DNA of 64,000 nucleotides from Candidatus Elulimicrobiales bacterium. Its GTDB lineage: Bacteria; Patescibacteriota; Minisyncoccia; Phycocordibacterales; UBA5272. Each line of letters begins with the position of its first letter. The first letter of the stretch is position 1. The stretch is taken from the NCBI GenBank assembly GCA_034927475.1, contig JAYFPW010000006.1:9197-73196 (forward strand). Reading direction: 5' to 3'. Of this stretch, positions 9,389 through 18,731 are shown piece after piece. Under the pieces are notes generated by a model. The model was not told the origin of the DNA. It saw only the letters and a program-made list of their open reading frames with translations, and searched no databases. The translations under genes and the position numbers were made by a program.

Positions 9389-10888
9389 CTATTTTCCAGT
9401 TAGTGACCAATGAACATTATCAGTTGTTCCTAGTTTATTATAAAAACCCCATCTACCACCATTTTCTTTAAGCCATAAAAATTCTTTTGTATTACAAGCT
9501 CCCACCTTTCCGCAACCTCCTATACTTGCATTTGTTAGATCTATCGCGGTACCATTTGAATGATTCGAACCGTTTCCGCCCATACTACAAGGTGTAGCCA
9601 CAGCACTCTTTCCTTTCATTTGATTATATAAACAAACTTGGGCGGCATCATCTCTATATCCAACATAAGCTTCTAATTTTATATTGGCCTCTGACAATGC
9701 AGCTGCTTGCATTTCTTTAAATTTTTGAGCAACGTCTTTTCTTAAATAGATTGGTCCAGCGGGAACACAACCACCATCTCTTTTTGTACCAACTTGTTCT
9801 AATTGATCATTTGTTAAGGCTACACAACCACCTTTACCACCATTGCTTGAAAAAAGCGACATACTTTCTGCTAATTCTTTCTGATATTCCACACAATATT
9901 GTGGAGCTGCTAAATTTGCTAAACGAGAACATCTTCCACCAACCTGACCACAATATCTACTATCCACAATTTCTCTAGCTACTCCCATATAATCTCCCAC
10001 ATCTAAGGCTTTTTTAAGATTTACAAAGCTAGATATACCACCAGACCCCATATTAAAAGTCATATTAATTAAAACGTTTTGGATATTTTCAGGGTGTTCA
10101 CTGAATCTTGATTGTCCTCCAGCAAAAGCTATAGCCATTTGTTTATGTGACTCAAAATCAGCCTCTAAAAGCTTTTTAATGTGCCTTTCTTCAATGGTTA
10201 CAGTTCTGTCGTAATTAAGAAGTTTGTTTACAGTATCCTCAGGTATTTCAGCTCTAAGTAAGTCGTTTTTAACAGTAGCCGCATCCGCTCTTTTTAAATT
10301 AAAACCAACTCCAATACTAGGGTTTCCTGTCGTGTCTGTGTAGATACTATTTCTGCTACCTTCGTCCTGCATGAGCATATCCATAATATTATTTGGACTT
10401 TTATATTTATCATTAGGATTACAAGTTTCAGTGTTAGGAGACATTCTTCTTAATGCGGTATTTGCGTATTTTGTCGCCAAGGTCCAACCTGTTAATTTAG
10501 GGTTGATAAAAGATAAAATCGCATAAGAGAAAATAAAAATTATTAAAGCTATTCCTGCATTTTGTATAAAACTCCTACCTTTTGTTTGTTGATAAATATT
10601 ATCTAAAGTTCCTTTTATAACAGCTCCTTGTATTACACGAAAAACAATTAAAACTATAATAACTACAGCCAAAATAGTTAAAAGATAATTCATTGTACTA
10701 GAAATTCCTCCTGTGTCAGTGTTGTCAAAGGTGGTAGAACTAGATGTACCATCAAAAGAAGAAACATAGTCATAGGTTTCCTGTCTAGAATAAACATCGG
10801 TTTGGTCCTGGCTTTGATTTTGAGAAAAAGAAATATTAAAAGAAAAGAGTGTAAAAATCAAAAAGAAAAAAACAAAAAACTTTTTCAT
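9389..10888 (-). CDS. Bifunctional cell-wall hydrolase: GH24 (T4-type) lysozyme domain + M15/VanY-type D-Ala-D-Ala peptidase domain; VirB1/PrgK-like role
   Basis: Signal peptide plus TM helices. The MLMQDEGSRNSIYTDTTGNPSIGVGF motif matches the T4 lysozyme catalytic E...D...T motif, and VLINMTFNMGSGGISSF matches ALINMVFQMGETGVAGF. The C-terminus has the SNHSNGTAIDL (SxHxxGxAxD) and ...VHW motifs of zinc D,D-carboxypeptidases. Confidence 0.7.
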   Translation of the reverse strand: MKKFFVFFFLIFTLFSFNISFSQNQSQDQTDVYSRQETYDYVSSFDGTSSSTTFDNTDTGGISSTMNYLLTILAVVIIVLIVFRVIQGAVIKGTLDNIYQQTKGRSFIQNAGIALIIFIFSYAILSFINPKLTGWTLATKYANTALRRMSPNTETCNPNDKYKSPNNIMDMLMQDEGSRNSIYTDTTGNPSIGVGFNLKRADAATVKNDLLRAEIPEDTVNKLLNYDRTVTIEERHIKKLLEADFESHKQMAIAFAGGQSRFSEHPENIQNVLINMTFNMGSGGISSFVNLKKALDVGDYMGVAREIVDSRYCGQVGGRCSRLANLAAPQYCVEYQKELAESMSLFSSNGGKGGCVALTNDQLEQVGTKRDGGCVPAGPIYLRKDVAQKFKEMQAAALSEANIKLEAYVGYRDDAAQVCLYNQMKGKSAVATPCSMGGNGSNHSNGTAIDLTNASIGGCGKVGACNTKEFLWLKENGGRWGFYNKLGTTDNVHWSLTGK

Positions 10889-10917
10889 ATATGACTATAT
10901 TTTAACACAAGAATAAG

Positions 10918-11688
10918 CTAATTTTGCTTCAATAGAAAATTTAAAAGAGTTTCCCCTTTTTGTAAAAGTTTAGAATCGTTAGTTATTGTTAAACCTATAC
11001 CAAAATCTCCATAAGCTGTCACTGGTGCTCTATAATCAAAAACATTGGAGCGGTTTATGTTGCCAGGAATACCATTTAAAGACCATGTATAGCTTAAATT
11101 TTCATCTCTAGGAGATTTGGCTGAGAAGAAATATGGTTCTGCTAAAATCTCAAGAGACTCACCTCTATTAACCGCATAATGTTCATATTTTTTATTTAAA
11201 GCGTTGGAGTAAGTAATAATAGGGCTAGAGCTTTTTTTATACAAAATAGGTGTAATTTTTTTAGGATAAATTCTAATAATTTTCTCAGCTAGAAGATTTT
11301 CTTGTCTATTATTTTCATAAACTTTTAACCTGATAACATTCTCAGTTTTTAAAGGATCAAGAGTAATATAAATAATATTTCCTCCAGTTTTTGAATAGTT
11401 GTGCACATAATAGTCATTATATGTCCAAGCGTAAAAGAGTTTACTTTTATCCAAAACTCCAACAGGGGTAAAAATTTCTGCGTCAGCAATAGCTTTTATA
11501 TCGGCTTGTTCAGCTGCCAAACTCTTACCTTCATAAAAAGGAGGTGTATAACTATTTAAAACTTCCCAATCTATAGTGACTTTAGAAGAGATAGTATATA
11601 CCTGTGCTTTTATTATTGAAAAAGTGGCTATAAATAAGAAAGTAAATACTAAAAACAAAAAAGAGAAATATCTTTTATTTTTTTTCAT
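10918..11688 (-). CDS. Secreted hypothetical protein (T4SS-like operon)
   Basis: 256 aa with an N-terminal signal/anchor (FSFLFLVFTFLFIATFSIIKA). It is co-operonic. Confidence 0.5.
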   Translation of the reverse strand: MKKNKRYFSFLFLVFTFLFIATFSIIKAQVYTISSKVTIDWEVLNSYTPPFYEGKSLAAEQADIKAIADAEIFTPVGVLDKSKLFYAWTYNDYYVHNYSKTGGNIIYITLDPLKTENVIRLKVYENNRQENLLAEKIIRIYPKKITPILYKKSSSPIITYSNALNKKYEHYAVNRGESLEILAEPYFFSAKSPRDENLSYTWSLNGIPGNINRSNVFDYRAPVTAYGDFGIGLTITNDSKLLQKGETLLNFLLKQN

Positions 11689-11707
11689 TAAATATATTAT
11701 ATCAGAA

Positions 11708-13540
11708 TTATGCGGCCCGTTGTCTTTTTTTCTTAGCTTCCAAAAGCTGTGCCGGATTAGTTGTAACTATTTGATCTTCAACATAAGAAGAAATAACTTT
11801 TATAGCCACATGTTTTTGCCCAGCAAAGAATATTCCTTCCCCTACTCCAGAACTAAGTAATAAATACTTTTCTTCATCTGTAAGATTAAAAGTTTTTTGG
11901 ACCAGATCTATACTAGAAGGAGATTGTTTTAAAAGTAAAAGCATACTTGAGTTAGTAATAATAGGTAAACCGTAAGCTGAACGCAAAAAGTCTCCTACGT
12001 CTTGAGAAATTACAGACAAACCTAAATAATATTTTCTTCCCCTTTTTGCCATTCCAAACAAAAAGGATGCAGTGTCTTCATTTTTCATCATTATCCAAGC
12101 CTCGTCTATAATTAAAAGCCTTTTCTTTAACTCTTTTCTAATCTCTCCCCAAATATAATGAGTAATAATATACATAGCGACAGGCTTAAGCTCATCCTCC
12201 ATGTCACGAATAGAAAAACAGATTAATTTTTTATTAATATCAATATTAGAAGGTTGCCCAATAAATCCTGACCAGACCCCTTCTGTATATTTAGAAAGTC
12301 TTTGTAAAACACTTTCAGATCCCTCAATACCAGAAAGTACTTCAGCAAAATCTCCTAAGACAGGAAATTCTATACCATCTAAACTTTCGGTTGCCGAGGT
12401 TATATCTTTTATCGCATAAGTTTCTGTTAAAGCTCTATCGACAATAGAATCCTCTTCAGGAGTAAGTCCGCCAAGCATTACTCGCATGAGCCCTACCAAG
12501 TGAATAATATTACTTCTCAAAACATCACCAACAGATTCATCTTCTCCGGGTATTGCTAAATCGAAAGGATTAATGTGATGATCTGAATTTAAAGATATAT
12601 TAAAATATCTACCACCAACAGATTCCGCTAAATATTCATACTCTCTTTCAGGGTCGATGATAATAACATTGGTATCAAACATTAAAGTACGTAAAATTTC
12701 AAGTTTTGTGTAATAAGATTTACCAGATCCAGAAGTAGCAAAAACCATACTGTTGTAGTTCTCAAGAGAAAATCTATCAAATAAAATTAAAGAGCCATTA
12801 TGTCTATTTAAACCATATAAAATACCACTATTTGTTGAAAGGTCGAAAGAAAGAAATGGAAAGAAAGAAGAAAGTGGAGAAGTATTTAGCTGAGTAGTGA
12901 TTTTTATTTCATCTACACAAAAAGGCATTATAGTTTTTAAAGCTTCAGCTTGCTGAAAGAGAGCTGGTCTTAAATAAATAAGCTTACTTTCTAAAATATT
13001 TTTAATTTCAGTTTCTACTTTTTTTAATTCATCATCGGTATCTCCAAAAATCGTAATATAAAGACCAACTTCAAACATCTTTTCACTGGATTGTTGAAGA
13101 GAGTCTCTCAAGTCTTCCAGGTCTCTTAAAGCTGTTTCTAATTTTGGATCACGAACTTCACCTTTTTCTTGCTTTACATAAATTTGACTCTCTATTTCTA
13201 CCACTTTCTTTTGAAATTTTTTCATCATTTCAGCTGTAGCTAAAGGGGTGATATGAATAGAAACATTAAAAATTTTGTCTAGATTAATAATTGGGGCCAA
13301 CCAAGAATCATCTAAATATCTAGGATAAGATATAACAAAAAAACTTTTAGCTAATTTTCCAGAAAGATTTAATTGTTGTGCGTCGACTTTTAAGCCGGCT
13401 GGAGCTATAAAATTTTTCAATTCTGAACTAGCCTCATCATAAACTTCTTCTTTAGAAGGTTCTTCATTTAAATTTTGTTTATTATTTTTTGAAAAAATAT
13501 CTAAAATACCCATAGCTTTATAATTTTTTTGTATTAACAT
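11708..13540 (-). CDS. virB4: VirB4/TrbE/CagE-family T4SS ATPase (C-terminal ATPase part)
   Basis: Walker A FATSGSGKSYY, Walker B LLIIDEAWIMM, and the motif GRKYYLGLSVISQDVGDF. Confidence 0.85.
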   Translation of the reverse strand: MLIQKNYKAMGILDIFSKNNKQNLNEEPSKEEVYDEASSELKNFIAPAGLKVDAQQLNLSGKLAKSFFVISYPRYLDDSWLAPIINLDKIFNVSIHITPLATAEMMKKFQKKVVEIESQIYVKQEKGEVRDPKLETALRDLEDLRDSLQQSSEKMFEVGLYITIFGDTDDELKKVETEIKNILESKLIYLRPALFQQAEALKTIMPFCVDEIKITTQLNTSPLSSFFPFLSFDLSTNSGILYGLNRHNGSLILFDRFSLENYNSMVFATSGSGKSYYTKLEILRTLMFDTNVIIIDPEREYEYLAESVGGRYFNISLNSDHHINPFDLAIPGEDESVGDVLRSNIIHLVGLMRVMLGGLTPEEDSIVDRALTETYAIKDITSATESLDGIEFPVLGDFAEVLSGIEGSESVLQRLSKYTEGVWSGFIGQPSNIDINKKLICFSIRDMEDELKPVAMYIITHYIWGEIRKELKKRLLIIDEAWIMMKNEDTASFLFGMAKRGRKYYLGLSVISQDVGDFLRSAYGLPIITNSSMLLLLKQSPSSIDLVQKTFNLTDEEKYLLLSSGVGEGIFFAGQKHVAIKVISSYVEDQIVTTNPAQLLEAKKKRQRAA

Positions 13541-14105
13541 CTAACTCATTTGGATTAAATAATTTATAAAATAGTCCAACAATTTCTTCCGTGTCTATCA
13601 GTTTTAATTTTAATCCTAAAGCGGTAAGTCCGCTAACCACAATAGAAACTCTTTGCATTAATTGATTTTCATTTTTTATAAAATCCATTTCATTCATTCT
13701 TTTTGTATTTCCAACAAGTGTTGGAATATCATAAGGAACAACTATGTAAAAATTTTTCGTCATAATATTTTGTTCCTCAGTAAATTTTTGTATAAAATCC
13801 GTATATTCTTTTATTTGAATCTTTAAAAGCTCTTCAGAAGCCTCTCTTTCCCTCTCCTTTAAACTTTTTATATAATCACGAATGTCAATTTTTTTAGATT
13901 GAACAAAAATTTGAACATTAAAATCCAAAGAGTTTAAAAAGCTTTGAAAAGCGGTAATAATTCCCATTTGTTCATCCTCACTTTTTAAAGACAAGTTTAA
14001 AGAAGTGGTCGAAAGAATAGCTCTCATGTTGCCACTATTTAAAATAATCACCCCGCTTCTAATTTCTCTAATTGGGACAAAATTTTGAGAAGAGTTTTTT
14101 GCCAT
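13518..14105 (-). CDS. VirB4 N-terminal domain encoded as a separate ORF (overlaps ATPase ORF by 23 nt, different frame)
   Basis: 195 aa resembling the N-terminal region of VirB4/TraC proteins (IPIREIRSGVIILNSG..., SLKSEDEQ...FQSFLNSL). Together with 11708-13540 it sums to ~800 aa, the normal VirB4 length. Confidence 0.55.
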   Translation of the reverse strand: MAKNSSQNFVPIREIRSGVIILNSGNMRAILSTTSLNLSLKSEDEQMGIITAFQSFLNSLDFNVQIFVQSKKIDIRDYIKSLKEREREASEELLKIQIKEYTDFIQKFTEEQNIMTKNFYIVVPYDIPTLVGNTKRMNEMDFIKNENQLMQRVSIVVSGLTALGLKLKLIDTEEIVGLFYKLFNPNELDVNTKKL

Positions 14106-14134
14106 GCTTCTATTATAGCATCAGAAAATAGATA

Positions 14135-14614
14135 CTAAGAATTTTTTGTCTGATTTCTTTTAATAAGTTCTTCTCTTAAATTGACAGCGTGTTTTTTATC
14201 TTCGTCTAAAATATCTAATTTTCCAGACAACTCTCTAATTTTATCAAAAGGACTTTTTTCTTCCTCAATTTTATTTTTCTTTAAAAGATCGATAGCTCTT
14301 AAGTCTTTTTTAGGCTCTTCTTTTTCGATTTTTTTCTCTTGATACCAAACATAAGTTTTGTTTCCAATTAAAAATTTATAAGCTGATTCTAAAATGTCAG
14401 CAAAAGGTCTATTATTTATTTTGACAAAAGCTAGAGCCACAAAAGTTCCAGAAAAAATAAGAATTAAAGGCACAGCTATAATTTTTGCAGGAATAATTCT
14501 CCAAAAAAGATATCCAAAAGCTATAGCCCCCAACAGATACCCAAATTGTTTGAGAGTAAAAGGACCAAAAATCTTATCTTCAATGTCCAAGAATTGAGGA
14601 AGTCTAAATTGCAT
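14135..14614 (-). CDS. PrgI-family / VirB3-like small membrane protein
   Basis: 159 aa with LPQFLDIEDKIFGPFTLKQFGYLLG followed by two TM helices. It sits immediately upstream of VirB4, as in Gram-positive T4SS. Confidence 0.55.
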   Translation of the reverse strand: MQFRLPQFLDIEDKIFGPFTLKQFGYLLGAIAFGYLFWRIIPAKIIAVPLILIFSGTFVALAFVKINNRPFADILESAYKFLIGNKTYVWYQEKKIEKEEPKKDLRAIDLLKKNKIEEEKSPFDKIRELSGKLDILDEDKKHAVNLREELIKRNQTKNS

Positions 14615-14644
14615 GTTTATATTCTATCATTTTTAGCAAAGAAT

Positions 14645-15781
14645 CTAAAAAGCTTCTCTATAGGGATCAAAATTTTCATCAACACTTTCTGGAATCTCTT
14701 CAGACAAAGTACTTTTATAATAGTCATTATTTTTAGCTTTTTGAATTTCTATCTCCTCTTTCTCTCTTTGTTGTCTTAAGGTATCTAAATTTGTTTTCTC
14801 ATCCTCATTTGCAGACAGCTTCTCTTTTAAGTTTTCGACAAGTATTTGACTGAAATCTTCATTTTTGAGAGCTAAAGGATTTTCTTCTGGATATTCTAAT
14901 TCTTCTTCAATTTCCTTTCTCTTAGTCTCCTCTTCTTTTTCTTTGTTTCTTATTTCAGCAACCCTTTCTTCCTCTCTTTTTTCTTTAGCTAAAACTCTTT
15001 GCATTCTTTCATCTTCCTCTCTTTTAATTTGAATCATTCTTTCTTTTATTTTATCCGTATCAGACACATTCTGCATATTTATTTTTGCCAACAAAGAATC
15101 TCTATTCATTTCTTGAACCTTTTTTTCTTCTTCTTTCTTTTTTTCTTCCTCTTTAATAAGCTCTTGTTCAGTCTTCTCTCTTTCTTTATACTGAATTAGA
15201 GGTTCCCCTTTGCCAGTTATAGTACCAGTTCTTTGTAGAAGAATTTTTCTTAGCTCTTCTTTTTCAGCTTCTTCCCTTTTTTCTTTTAAAGTAAGATGTC
15301 TTATTTCTCTTTTGTTTTCAAGTTTACTTTCTAAAATATTTTTACGAATATCAGTAAGAATATAAGTGTCTATACTTTTCAAAATCGAACTTGCTGTAAA
15401 AGATTCCAGCATGATACCGCTAGAGCTAAAACTTTCAACCAGAGTTTCTTTGGCTTCATTAATAGGAAGAAGCCCAACTAAAATTGAAACAGCAATATTT
15501 TCAACAATAACTCTCGCTTTTTCTCCTTCTAATTTTTCTATTTTGCAAATCAAGCGAACACTCTCTTCAAGCTTGTCTCCTAAAATATAGTCTTGTATCA
15601 CTTTTGAAGAATTTGAAAAAGCGGTATCAAATTGAGTAAGGACAATATTTTCATTTTTTTGTGGAGGTTTTTCAGGTTCCTTTTCAGGATTTAAAAAATC
15701 ATAGTCAAAGTCAGCCTCCGTTTCATTTAAAGAATAATCGCCCTCTTTTAGTTCTAAAGCTAATTTATTTTCTTCCGACAT
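14645..15781 (-). CDS. Glu/Lys-rich coiled-coil protein (T4SS-like operon)
   Basis: 378 aa, acidic N-terminus and a long charged coiled-coil region. No catalytic motifs. Confidence 0.5.
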   Translation of the reverse strand: MSEENKLALELKEGDYSLNETEADFDYDFLNPEKEPEKPPQKNENIVLTQFDTAFSNSSKVIQDYILGDKLEESVRLICKIEKLEGEKARVIVENIAVSILVGLLPINEAKETLVESFSSSGIMLESFTASSILKSIDTYILTDIRKNILESKLENKREIRHLTLKEKREEAEKEELRKILLQRTGTITGKGEPLIQYKEREKTEQELIKEEEKKKEEEKKVQEMNRDSLLAKINMQNVSDTDKIKERMIQIKREEDERMQRVLAKEKREEERVAEIRNKEKEEETKRKEIEEELEYPEENPLALKNEDFSQILVENLKEKLSANEDEKTNLDTLRQQREKEEIEIQKAKNNDYYKSTLSEEIPESVDENFDPYREAF

Positions 15782-15815
15782 AAAATAATTATATCAAATA
15801 AATTAGGTTTTTTAA

Positions 15816-18659
15816 TTAAGAGGCGTTTTTTAGAGGTTCCTCAGGTGTCATATTTTTAGTTTTTGTATTAGTATTTTCTCCAGTTTTTTCTCGTAAGTGT
15901 TCAATAATTCTTTTTTTACTTGCAAAATTTGCTTGCTTAAATTCATCTCCAAACTGTTGCTCATTATTGTCTAGTATTTCCCTTACAGTATTACTTTGAA
16001 TAGTTTTTGGAGCTTCTGCTGTACTTTTTGTGCCACCACGATTTACTACGACAACTTCAGGTTTGCTAGAAGTTTTTTTCTCTTTAATATCAGAGCTCTC
16101 TTTTTTTTCTTTTCCCAGTTTTGATTTTCTCTCCAATCTCTCCCTTTCTCTTTCAGATACTCTAAAGTCTGCTAAAACTTTGGAAAGGCTCATATAGGCT
16201 TCTCTCGGATTGAGTTCTTTTAATGCATTTAAGAATTCAGTTTTTAATTTTTCGTTTTCAGGTTTTTCTAGATTTTGTGAAAAATAGTTCTCTCCTTTAC
16301 CTTCTTTTAGAAATTCTTTATCTATAGAAGCTTTTATCTCTTCTTCTTTGTTTTTCATACTCTCAGCACCTGTGCCAGGGTTATCTTTAAAAGTTTGATT
16401 AACATCCTGGAGGAGGTTTTGGGATTTTTTATCTCCAAATAAATCTTTTTCTAATTCCCCTTTCCTCTTTTCTGAATTTCCTAGTACAGTATTCCAGTGC
16501 TTTTTATCAGACTCAGAAATATCTTTTTCGCTTAATTTTTTTCTAGCATAAGCTATATCAGACTGAACTGTACGCAACTCCGATTTCTTTTGTACATTTT
16601 CTTCCAAAGCTTGTTTGTTAGGATTTTTCTTTCCAATATTTCTTGCGTCAAACGAAGAGGTGCTTAATGTCCTGTCAAGCTGACGTCCTCCAGCGGCTAA
16701 TATTTGATTTACACGCTTAGTTCCATCTTCATTTTTTCTTATCCAACCTTGGAATTTGTCCGAATTTGATACAGCTGTAGCTCCACGTCTCATAACAGCC
16801 CCCGTGGTACCAAGTGCAAAATTACCTACAAAGCCACCTACTTTTCCAGCGACTTGACCACCAAGATCAGAACTCATTTTTTTAGAAACTGTAATAGCTA
16901 ATTGTAAAACTACTATAATAATTGCGGAAGCCACACTAGCCCCCATAAAAGTATTTCCTGCTTCACCAGCTCCAGCCATACCAGTAGAAAGTGAATTTAA
17001 TTGAGGATTATTTTGTAAAGAATCTCTAATGGCAGCACCTATTTGTAAAGCTATCAAAACTATAAACATAAAAATCGGAGCAGAGATTACAGAAGTGGTA
17101 AAGCTTTTAATTACCATGTCTCTATATTTATCAATATATTCATTTATACCAGCAGGTAAAAGCATTAATGGAGAAAAAATTAAAACTAGAAGTAAAATTA
17201 TGGCTCGCATAAGTAGTAGAACCATACCTTGAACCAACACGAGAACAGCTACACCATTAATAACTATTTTTATGGCTTGGAATAAAGTAAAACCCCAATC
17301 AGCTCTAGCTGCTCCCAAAGATCTAGTATCGATAGCTAAAACATCAGCCAAAGCATCACCCAAAGTTTCTCCAGGATTATGCATACTTCTATAAATATAA
17401 ATAGAAAGAACGTTTGTTTGATCTATAATCCAGCCAACAATAGCAAAAGAGAAATATACAAATAGAGCTGTAATTAAAATTCTTGGAAGTATTTTTTTAA
17501 TTTTAGAAGTGTCATTATCAATAAGCATTCTAATAAGCATGTAAAACACTATAGGCAGAAGTAGGGATGTTACTAAAGATAAAATAACATTCCTCCAAAC
17601 TAAATAAGCATTTGAATTAACTACCCAGTCATTAAAATTGTAAATACTAAAACGGACAACCCAGTCAAAAATTCCACCAACAAGTTTTGTTAGTCCTTGT
17701 AGTAAAGAATTTATTCCTTCTAAAACTAGATTTACTAAATAAGCCGCAACAGAACAGTTTGGACTTTGCATAACACCCCAAAGACCTGTCGCCTCACAAA
17801 CAGTTGGGGTTTCGTAAGATTCCACCATAACTTCCCCTGAAGGGTTAGTTATAGGACTAGAGGGATTAGTTTTAGGTCCCCCACTAGTTTCTGTTGGGAC
17901 AAAAAAGGTTTCTCCTTTATAAGGAAACTCTGCACCAGTTTTTTCGGCGTCGCTCAAAGTCTTTTTATCTTCACCTCCCAACCAATTCCAACCAGAAGGA
18001 TTTTCGGTTTGATTTTTTATTTCATTTGCAATATCTTTAATACCTTGAGGTATTTTTTCTAACTCTAACACAGTCCGGCCTTCTGTAAGAAAGTCATTAA
18101 TTTCTCTATATATATAGATACGCATTAATTTTGCTGAAGCCCCATCAACATCACCCTCAACAAAGTTATTGGAGACAGCCGAATTTTTCATTTTATTATA
18201 AATAGATAAATAGCTATTGTTGTGAATAGTTTTTGCCTGGTCAAATATCTCTAATAAATATTTTTTAGCCTCAGGGTAAGACGTGGAATCTACAGCATCT
18301 AATTGGTTTTTATATCCAGTAAATAATGAGTCGTATTTAGAAGAGTTATCTGTCTCATTTTTTTTAATTTTCTCTTCAACTTGATTTTGAATAGAAAGAA
18401 GATCTGATGATGGTATTGGTATGTAATCAGTAGAGTATGAGCCAGCACCAAAACTTCCACCTGGAATATATGTGCTTTCTACTTTATAAGATGTTGTTGC
18501 CGTCATCAAAACAGACGTGTCTTTATTGTCTAACTTTATTCCAACAACTATTTTGGCTTCCGTGTTTTTTATACCTAAACTAAAAAATCCTAGAACTATA
18601 AATAAAATAATTCCAAGTGTTTTTGTGGAGAAAATAGAAGAAAACTTTTTCCTTTTCAT
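15816..18659 (-). CDS. VirB6/TrbL-like polytopic membrane protein with large N-terminal ectodomain and charged C-terminal extension
   Basis: 947 aa. It has a signal/TM, a ~400 aa extracellular region, a central block of >=6 TM helices (VILSLVTSLLLPIVFYMLIRML ... AIILLLVLIFSPLMLLPAG ...), and a K/E-rich ~300 aa tail. Confidence 0.5.
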   Translation of the reverse strand: MKRKKFSSIFSTKTLGIILFIVLGFFSLGIKNTEAKIVVGIKLDNKDTSVLMTATTSYKVESTYIPGGSFGAGSYSTDYIPIPSSDLLSIQNQVEEKIKKNETDNSSKYDSLFTGYKNQLDAVDSTSYPEAKKYLLEIFDQAKTIHNNSYLSIYNKMKNSAVSNNFVEGDVDGASAKLMRIYIYREINDFLTEGRTVLELEKIPQGIKDIANEIKNQTENPSGWNWLGGEDKKTLSDAEKTGAEFPYKGETFFVPTETSGGPKTNPSSPITNPSGEVMVESYETPTVCEATGLWGVMQSPNCSVAAYLVNLVLEGINSLLQGLTKLVGGIFDWVVRFSIYNFNDWVVNSNAYLVWRNVILSLVTSLLLPIVFYMLIRMLIDNDTSKIKKILPRILITALFVYFSFAIVGWIIDQTNVLSIYIYRSMHNPGETLGDALADVLAIDTRSLGAARADWGFTLFQAIKIVINGVAVLVLVQGMVLLLMRAIILLLVLIFSPLMLLPAGINEYIDKYRDMVIKSFTTSVISAPIFMFIVLIALQIGAAIRDSLQNNPQLNSLSTGMAGAGEAGNTFMGASVASAIIIVVLQLAITVSKKMSSDLGGQVAGKVGGFVGNFALGTTGAVMRRGATAVSNSDKFQGWIRKNEDGTKRVNQILAAGGRQLDRTLSTSSFDARNIGKKNPNKQALEENVQKKSELRTVQSDIAYARKKLSEKDISESDKKHWNTVLGNSEKRKGELEKDLFGDKKSQNLLQDVNQTFKDNPGTGAESMKNKEEEIKASIDKEFLKEGKGENYFSQNLEKPENEKLKTEFLNALKELNPREAYMSLSKVLADFRVSERERERLERKSKLGKEKKESSDIKEKKTSSKPEVVVVNRGGTKSTAEAPKTIQSNTVREILDNNEQQFGDEFKQANFASKKRIIEHLREKTGENTNTKTKNMTPEEPLKNAS

Positions 18660-18680
18660 TTATTTATTTTATCATAAATA

Positions 18681-18718
18681 AAAAACAAAAAGCGGAAAAT
18701 TCCGCTTTTTGTTTTTTA
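18681..18718. terminator. Symmetric hairpin flanked by A/T runs inside the T4SS-like operon
   Basis: AAAAGCGGAAAATTCCGCTTTTT lies between the 803-aa gene and the VirB6-like gene. It could terminate or attenuate in either direction. Confidence 0.5.
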
Positions 18719-18731
18719 AAAGAAAGCAATA

